Shown here: piece by piece, positions 54,510-64,000 of the stretch
Layout of the letters: the number at the start of each line of letters is the position of its first letter
Position numbering within the stretch: the stretch's first letter is position 1
Assembly: GCA_951406725.2 (NCBI GenBank)
Contig: OX597814.1
Coordinates: forward strand, 58,404,001 to 58,468,000
Source of the DNA: Octopus vulgaris
Taxonomy: Eukaryota
Direction of reading: 5' to 3'
Length of the DNA stretch: 64,000 bases
Made by a program: the position numbers and the translations under genes
Notes under the pieces: generated by a model
The model's database searches: none
What the model saw: only the letters and a program-made list of their open reading frames with translations
What the model was told of the DNA's origin: nothing

Positions 54510-55040
54510 AGATAATAAAAATGGAGAAATACATCTAAATCAAATATATATATTGACCTACCATAAAAGGCTAATATTGGTAAAATGAGACATACTTATC
54601 TACATGGCCGAAACAGCTGTAAGATGTAATCTATACTTGTATTTATATTTACTTATATTTATATTCTCCTTTATATATATTCTACTTATTATACATTACT
54701 CTTTTATGTACACTTTTTTATGTACATTCCTTTATGTACACTGATTTGTTCTGCTTTTTATATTTAACCCTACAGTCTCTTATGTGGTGGTTTAATGAAG
54801 TATGCGATTGAGTATTATCTGGTAATTGATATTTGATTTAGATGTATTTCTCCATTTTCTTATCTTGTATTAGTAATTTGTGGTAAATCATTTTACTTTT
54901 GCCTATATAATACAGTAAATTAATTGATTGCATCGCAATCATTAACAATTATGTATTAACTTTGTTGGGTACTTCACTAGCAGTATATTGGATATATGTT
55001 ATCCCATGGAGGGTTGTATTTACAAACCCTATCTCAATTT
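54506..55040 (+). mobile_element. AT-rich element in (TA)n with a 5' inverted segment and a half-hammerhead
   Basis: 54506-54547 is the near-exact reverse complement of 54829-54869. GGCC-GAAAC-AGCT-GTA lies at 54606-54621. Confidence 0.5.
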
Positions 55041-55043
55041 GTA

Positions 55044-55091
<48 letters not shown>

Positions 55092-55102
55092 CATGTATAT
55101 AT

Positions 55103-55142
<40 letters not shown>

Positions 55143-55143
<1 letters not shown>

Positions 55144-55545
55144 GGCATAGGAGTGGCTGTGTGGTAAGTAGCTTGTTTACCGACTACATGGTTCCGGGTT
55201 CAGTCCCACTGCGTGGCACCTTGGGCAAGTGTCTTCTACTATAGCCTCGGGCTGACCAAAGCCTTGTGAGTGGATTTGGTAGACGGAAACTGAAAGCAGC
55301 TTGTCGTATATATATATGTATGTATGTGTATGTGTTTGTGTGTCTGTGTTTGTCCCCCTAGCATTGCTTGACAACCGATGCTGGTGTGTTTATGTCCCCG
55401 TTACTTAGCGGTTCGGCAAAAGAGACCGATAGAATAAGTACTGGGCTTACAAAAGAATAAGTCCCGGGGTCGAGTTGCTCGATCAAAGGCGGTGCTCCAG
55501 CATGGCCGCAGTCAAATGTCTGAAACATGTAAAAGAGTAAAAGAG

Positions 55546-55547
<2 letters not shown>
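55143..55547 (+). mobile_element. Young full-length family B CORE-type SINE (resembles octopus OR-type SINEs)
   Basis: A-box-like TGGCTGTGTGG, B-box-like GGTTCAGTCCC, CORE-like GTGGCACCTTGGGCAAGTGTCTT, internal TA/TG repeats and a (GTAAAAGA)2 tail. Flanked by (TA)n. Confidence 0.92.
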
Positions 55548-55577
<30 letters not shown>

Positions 55578-56743
55578 TAAAATATATGAATACATACTGA
55601 CACACATCCTTTCCGTCATCACAACTGAGGAATCCTCTTCTTTATATTTTCTGGATAACCTATTCCCACGTCACTTCGGTTCTTGTATACCAAGGAAACA
55701 GACCAAACCGTACTAAACTCCAACTGAATGATCTAGGCTCTTACCGCATATAAACATTTATCACTATTTGTCAGCTCTATTAGTACGATATTTGTTTGAA
55801 GCATGGGCACAGCAGTAGATGCCGCTGCTAAAGTTTGATCTGTGTTCTTTTCATTTGATATCAGGACTCACTATTCGATTCGATGAACTGAACATCCCAA
55901 CATTTATAGATTTTATTAAATGCAATACGAAATGAAATAAAAAAGCAAAAACATAATATATAATGAAAGTGAACAATAATTGAATATGGAAGCTTTGAAC
56001 AACATATCCAGCAAGTAACAGGTAGAAAGGGTTGTTGCAATAAAGAGAGAAGAAAGTAATACAATGTAGAGAATGCAGGGAATGGAATGGGAGGAGAAGT
56101 GACGCACACGTATATAGTGGGAAGGTAAATGAGCAGCAAGGAGAGAAATGGGGCGGGCGACTCGATAAATGTCAAGACAACCCATGAATTTCACATTGAA
56201 GGAATATATGAACAGATTCGGTAAATACATGATAGATGAAAATTCATGCATGCAGAAATATGCTGAAGGTGGGGTTGGCTTGTGAATGTAATAAGTGAAT
56301 ATATACATATGTGCGTATGTGCCATTTTGAATATGTATTCATATTAAATGTTAGTGCGAAGAATGTAAAATAAAAGGAGATTTTAAAGCATTGTTTAGTC
56401 CCAGTTCATGTCTGGTACATCTGAACTATGATAAAAGCATTCTAAATGTGACCATACCGATCTTATATGGCTACGAGATACTTCAATATCTGTTATTGTG
56501 ATGTTATTGTGATGTATAGTCCTGTATACCGGAATAGGGATCCAGAATAAGCGATTCAGCTATTGACAACTATAGCTTTATTTAAGGAGTATTGTTTTCA
56601 CTACGTCATTATAGTATTTTAGTTCCTTCTTTGGGATGATAAGATTTAATCTGACAGGAATTCGTCTCCTATATTGTGCAGGTCAACTGATAATTAAGAC
56701 AGTCGCCTCTTCATGTTTTGTTAATGAGACCACAGTGTGGTAT

Positions 56744-56774
<31 letters not shown>

Positions 56775-56828
56775 GAGACACTTATATATATATATATGTA
56801 TATACATATATGTATATATATATATATA

Positions 56829-57196
56829 TCTCTCTATATAAACGGCAGTTTGTCTGTGCGTGTTTCTGTGTGTCTGTTTTCTCGTACCCTCACCCTGACC
56901 ACGGCTTTCAACCGATTCTGATGAAACTTGACACACACATAGCCCAATGTCATAATTCAAAACTAACGCAGCGAAAATTTTGAAAAGTTCCCCCAGTTCT
57001 GAAAAAAATCGATAAATTCGACATGGGGTCGAAAATCAGAAACACAAACCACAGACTGTCTAGGGGACGCAACTCGACCTTTTTAACTAAAAAAAAATTT
57101 ACCATCATTTTTTTCCATTTTTTGGCTATAACTCTCTAAAAATGCTTTATAGTTATTTCCCTTACAAACCCGAGCAACGCCGGGCGATACTGCTAG
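56829..57196 (+). mobile_element. Non-autonomous Helitron, copy 1
   Basis: 5' TC, subterminal hairpin CCCG-AGCAACGC-CGGG and 3' CTAG. Inserted between A and T. Confidence 0.88.
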
Positions 57197-57198
57197 TA

Positions 57199-57578
57199 TC
57201 TATATAAACGGCAGTTTGTCTGTGCGTGTTTCTGTGTGTCTGTTTGCTTGTACCCTCACCCTGACCACGGCTTTCAACCGATTCTGATGAAACTTGACAC
57301 ACACATAGCCCAATGTCATAATTCAAAACTAACGCAGCGAAAATTTTGAAAAGTTCCCCCAGTTCTGAAAAAAATCGATAAATTCGACATGGGGTCGAGA
57401 ATCAGGAATACGAACCACAAACTGTCTAGAGGACGCAACTCTACCTTTTTTAAATCTCCAAAAAAAATTTACCATCATTTTTTTCCATTTCTTTGCTATT
57501 TTTTTGGCTATAACTCTCTAAAAATGCTTTATAGTTATTTCCCTTACAAACCTGAGCAACGGCGGGCGATACTGCTAG
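57199..57578 (+). mobile_element. Non-autonomous Helitron, copy 2 (tandem)
   Basis: Highly similar to copy 1, with TC...CTAG ends. Separated from copy 1 by TA. Confidence 0.88.
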
Positions 57579-57806
57579 TATATATATATGTATATATATA
57601 TATATATATGCATATATATAAGCATATATATGAATATATATACCTATATTAAAAAAACAACAATAAAAATCATTATATATATATACATATAAATCTATGT
57701 ATATATATACATATACATATATATATATCAATATGTTTATATATATGTTTTTATACGTATATGTTTACACACACACACACACATACACACACACACACAC
57801 ATACAT

Positions 57807-57856
<50 letters not shown>

Positions 57857-58324
57857 TAACACAGACTGATTAAGCTCAATTTCGCGGTTTCACAAACACT
57901 CACATACACACACAAAGAAACACATGGGCACAAATTCACGCACACCCTCGCACTCACACACATGGGCACACACACGTATAGATAGATAGACATATATTAA
58001 TATATTGCTATCTAGGATTCTCACAACTGTCTGATATACGGGTAGGAGAAAGTGAGTCCTAGTTTGTAAAGATCTCTCAAATTCACTGAAACACTAGTTT
58101 AGTCTACCTTCCGTGTTCCAGTACTATGATTTTAAAACTTTGTTTTCACCCATGTACTTACAAGTGTGTGTTTGTAATTGACAGATATTCAAACACTCCA
58201 CTAAATTCTTTTTTCTAAGTATTTTTGTAAGAAACCAGAGAAACACTAGGCACTACTTCTTTCAGGTTGCGCAACACAAATACGCTACCCAGTGGTATAA
58301 TGATCTCTGTCTGTCTGTCTCACT

Positions 58325-58405
<81 letters not shown>

Positions 58406-58859
58406 CATTGAATAAGGAGGGAACAATCGGGATGTTGTTATTCCCTGGATTTTTCATGCATATATGTGTGTGTGTGCATGTGTGTGTGTTGTGTGTGTAT
58501 ATAATAGATAAATATGTATATATCTACACGCACACACATATATACATATAGCTATGTACACACGTACACACACACACATATATATGTGTATATATATATA
58601 TACATATACGTGGTTCACATAGATATTCACATACACACGTATATCTTTTTAAGTCTTACATAGTGTATACGTTTCTATATGAGTACTATATTCCTTTCTC
58701 AGAAATAATCACGTAAATGTGTGTGTATGGGTGTATGTAGATATTTTTGTTGCGTTGGTGGGTTTTTGCATATGTATGTATACATAGCTATGTATTCAAA
58801 TGTATGTGTGTGTTTCCGCGCGTGTATTTGTTATGAATACGTTAATTTATATACATTTA

Positions 58860-58913
<54 letters not shown>

Positions 58914-59235
58914 AAAATAGTAATATATATATATATATACATGCCCACATATATATTGTTTAATCTTTGTGTGTGAGTAGGTGAGTGTATGCGTGTCAGG
59001 GTCCAGAAAACCTGATATAATGAAGGTGACGGCGTTTAGAAAATCGTTATAGATATAGGTGTTACAAAACAGAAGTGAGAAGCAAATGTATAAATATATT
59101 GAAATAATCTGCTGCTAGGGATATATACTTAGACAATACTTATATACACGGTATACGCATTTACTATATACACACATACACACCTATATAAAGTAGATGC
59201 GTCAGGCTGCACGCGCGCGTATGTATATATATATA

Positions 59236-59468
59236 TATTTCTTTACTACCCACAAGGGGCTAAACACAGAGGGGACAAACAAGGACAGACAAAGGGATTA
59301 AGTCGACTACATCGACCCCAGTGCGTAACTGGTACTTAATTTATCGACCCCGAAAGGATGAAAGGCAAAGTCGACCTCGGCGGAATTTGAACTCGGAACG
59401 TAACGACAGACGAAATACGGCTACGAATTTCGCCCGGCGTGCTAACGTTTCTACCAGCTCGCCGCCTT
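59236..59468 (-). mobile_element. Young monomeric family A SINE in (TA)n
   Basis: Complete reverse complement from AAGGCGGCGAGCTGG to GTGGGTAGTAAAGAAATA. Confidence 0.92.
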
Positions 59469-59510
59469 TATGTATATATATATATATATATATACACTCT
59501 TTATATATAT

Positions 59511-59924
<414 letters not shown>

Positions 59925-59954
59925 GTATATATGTATATACATACACACACACAC

Positions 59955-60002
<48 letters not shown>

Positions 60003-60056
60003 TTACATATCCAAATATACATACATACATATATATATATATATAAACACACATAC

Positions 60057-60575
<519 letters not shown>

Positions 60576-60643
60576 TACATATATACATACATATATGCTG
60601 TGTGAGAGATTGAGAAAATCAGTGAGAATGATGCAGGTGTATA

Positions 60644-60682
<39 letters not shown>

Positions 60683-61384
60683 ATGTTTGTGTATAAGTGT
60701 GTGAGTGTCTGTGTTTGAGTGAGTGTGTGTGTGTAGGAGAGTGTGTGTATTTGTATTTATGTCAGTATTAGTAAGATGGTTAATTAAAAGCAATAAACAT
60801 TGATTGCATGAAGTACCATACATACGTGAAAACTCTAAAAATTGTGATAACTAAATTCATATATATTTATATATATATGTATGTATCCATATATGTATAT
60901 ATACCTACATACATGCATATACATATATAAATGTATGTGTATGTGTGTGCGTAATGGTGTGTATGTGTGTGTGTATGCACCCCAGCACTCCTGTGTGTAC
61001 GTATGTGCGTGAGCACGCGTGCATACTTACGCCCACATGAACGTTGGTTTCAAAAACATAAATGGAATAAACAAATAAAAGAGTCATAAATGCTGTCAGG
61101 TGACTCTTGAAAACAGACCCCGCCTCCCCTGCTTTAATATACTCTTGCTGAACATAAGTAGCCTGCTTGAAACAAGGTATATTTGGTGGAGAAGTCTTAC
61201 CAACACTCATACAATCACGCACACACATACTCGTTGACACGTACACACAGATTGGCTTACATTTACATAACTACATATGTATACACACATACACACAATA
61301 TAAGCCACAGCACTCACAATCATGCTACCACCTACACACACATTAACACAAGCACAAACACACGCACATATATAAACACCTATC

Positions 61385-61690
<306 letters not shown>

Positions 61691-62959
61691 GTATGTATGA
61701 AGTATGTGTGTATACTTATGTATTGTACTCATTAACTATTTAATCTGTGCAGTCACAAAGATTAACTATCTCAGATTGACTTAGAATATGTTCCGGTTAC
61801 GTTTATATGCAGCTCTTGGAATGTATTTAAGTTCTATACTGATTTTATCATCGAGTGAGGCTCTGTGCGAAATGTTGGTTTTGTCTACTTCAGATAGCCA
61901 TTTCTCCGTCTTATATGAAATGATCCCTTGCCATTTCTGTTGAGTTTATATACAAACTCTGACGTGAACAACGATGTGCTCTCCGTTTTAACGAGTAAAT
62001 TCTCTAGTTCAGCTACGGCTGAGGATGTGAACAATCTCTCAAACTTTAGATATCCCACGCACTAGGTAATCGTACATATTTCATATTCCTTTATATGGTG
62101 TATTTCGTTTAATTTCACTCGATATAACGATCGCGCCGATGTTGTGTCGGTGGATGTGTTTATATCTATTTGCGCTAAGATACATACATAGTTACACATA
62201 TTCATATGCATACACGTGTGCACTCAGCCAGTCAGTCACTCACTCACTCACAGACACACACACGTACACCCAAACACACATATACACTGACATATGAACG
62301 CAAGCGTGTACACACACATGCACGTGAACACACACACACGCACATATATCGATATGTTCTGGCAATCAACACTCTGCCGGTAATTAGATGAACCCATATA
62401 AACTGTACTTGACGATAAAAATGCTGGGTAGGTAAATAACTTTTAGATCTTTTGGGAAACGAAAGCCAACTCTTGTCAAGGGAGTCAAATTTCTCCCAAA
62501 GGGGAATATATTCATGGCAGAATTTATGTATCTTTCACATGTTTAAGTAAATGCATATCAGTGAAGTATATTTCCATATAAACCATCTGTGTCAATCTGA
62601 ATGCCTTTTGGTAGGGTAAATGCTTCGAAAAGTATAAATTTGAATTTGATGTATTGGCAATTCATCATGTCCACCAACATAAATATAATACTTCCCTATC
62701 GTCGCCTCTAATCAGAAGTCGTAAATTACTGTGGAGAAACTGAGATTTTACGTCTGCCTATTTTCTTATGAATTGTTGTAACACTCAGAGTTTTAGGATT
62801 CTTTTTATCATACTGGAACGTTCTTTGACATTCCGAGGGTTAATTAATTATTGTGAGTTACTACATCTTGTAAAAGAAAATAAAAGTCGGTGTGCATGAT
62901 GATCATATTAAAAGCGAGTCGAAGGCCAGCGCGATTCACATTTGCAACGGAGGAATTAA

Positions 62960-63504
62960 AAAATATGCAATCTACCATAAACATGGACAGGACAACCTAC
63001 CAGATCCATTACGGCTTTCTGGGAGGCAATCAGAGCATTACAGCAGAGGTTTACTGCAGTCAACTCGCTGAAATCCATCCTCACTCCAAATTTGAGACCT
63101 GCATTCGTGAATCGTGGCCTAATTCTGTTCCACAAAAATGCCAAGTCACTCGTTGCAAGAATAACGCTGCAGAAACTCAGAGACTTGGGATACAAGACTT
63201 ACCTGCATCCTCCATATTCTCTTGATCTTTCACCCACTGACTACCGTTTATTAAGCATTTTGACTCGTTTTTAAGTGATAAAACTTTCAGGTCCAAACCA
63301 GAGGTGGAATCAGCTTTCAAAGATTTCTTAGCATCAAACCCAATAAGTTTTTATTAACGAGGCAAAAATAATCTCGTTGACCAATAGCAGAGATGCATAG
63401 ATGTTCACGGCTCATAATTTGACTAATCAAAACATTTCTATTATTAATATTTCCAGAATAAAATTATGTTTCTGAAATCGGTCATTATTTTCGGATTAAC
63501 CTAA
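62960..63504 (+). mobile_element. Mariner transposase C-terminal relic with right end
   Basis: NQSITAEVYCSQL, LFHKNAKS and LGYKTYLHPPYSLDLSPTDYRLL (cf. HPPYSPDLAPSDYHLF). C-terminal RCIDVHGS* and a TIR-like end CATTATTTTCGGATTAACCTAA. Confidence 0.88.
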
Positions 63505-63894
63505 AGATAAAAATGACAAGTATATAACAAAGATAAAGTTTTAAAATACGTTTTCTTCTAAACCGTATCAGTACCGCTTGCTAAAGATTTCAAACACCAA
63601 TAGAGAATTTCTACAGAAATAGTTCATTTCCTAGATATCCATTAATTTGCCGTGATTGTGTATTTGAAACTAAATAAATATGACTAAACATGATATTTCT
63701 ACACGCATTGCTTATTTGGATATGTTCGACTCATATATATATAATACAAAAATCATCCCTCTCTTTCTTTCTCTCTTTCTCTCCCTCTCTCTCTCTTTCC
63801 TAGTCTCCTTCTCTCATATATACGTGTGTGAGTGCGGATGTAAATGCGCGCGTCTATATATATATGTATGTGTACGTGTATATACACACAAACA

Positions 63895-64000
63895 TTCATA
63901 CATACATACGTACATACATAGATACATACATACATACACACATACATACATACATACATACATATATACATGCATACATGCATACATGCATACATACATA
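63895..64000. repeat. (CATA)n microsatellite
   Basis: Seen directly. Confidence 0.95.

Overview
AT-rich, microsatellite-saturated eukaryotic non-coding DNA (intergenic or a large intron). The SINE families and the (TA)n/(CA)n/(GATA)n/(TAA)n load look like an Octopus (coleoid cephalopod) genome; this assignment is from memory, not from a search. I cannot support any intact host protein-coding gene, and nearly all listed ORFs are microsatellite artefacts. The window is a transposon mosaic: R4/Dong-clade non-LTR relics, Penelope-like relics, several mariner/Tc1 relics, non-autonomous Helitrons, small hAT-type MITEs and at least three tRNA-derived SINE families. The strongest unexplained structure is a set of small non-coding elements in or beside (TA)n tracts that carry type I hammerhead ribozyme motifs. 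One core is intact (46556-46615) inside a 320-bp terminally redundant unit with an inverted partner whose core has been deleted. A second is near-intact (53880-53932) inside a 426-bp-period direct repeat behind a GIY-YIG-like relic, and there are two variant or half motifs. A second theme is a non-coding element of about 555 bp that, like the Dong-type LINE relics, always lies in the same orientation relative to (TAA)n tracts.
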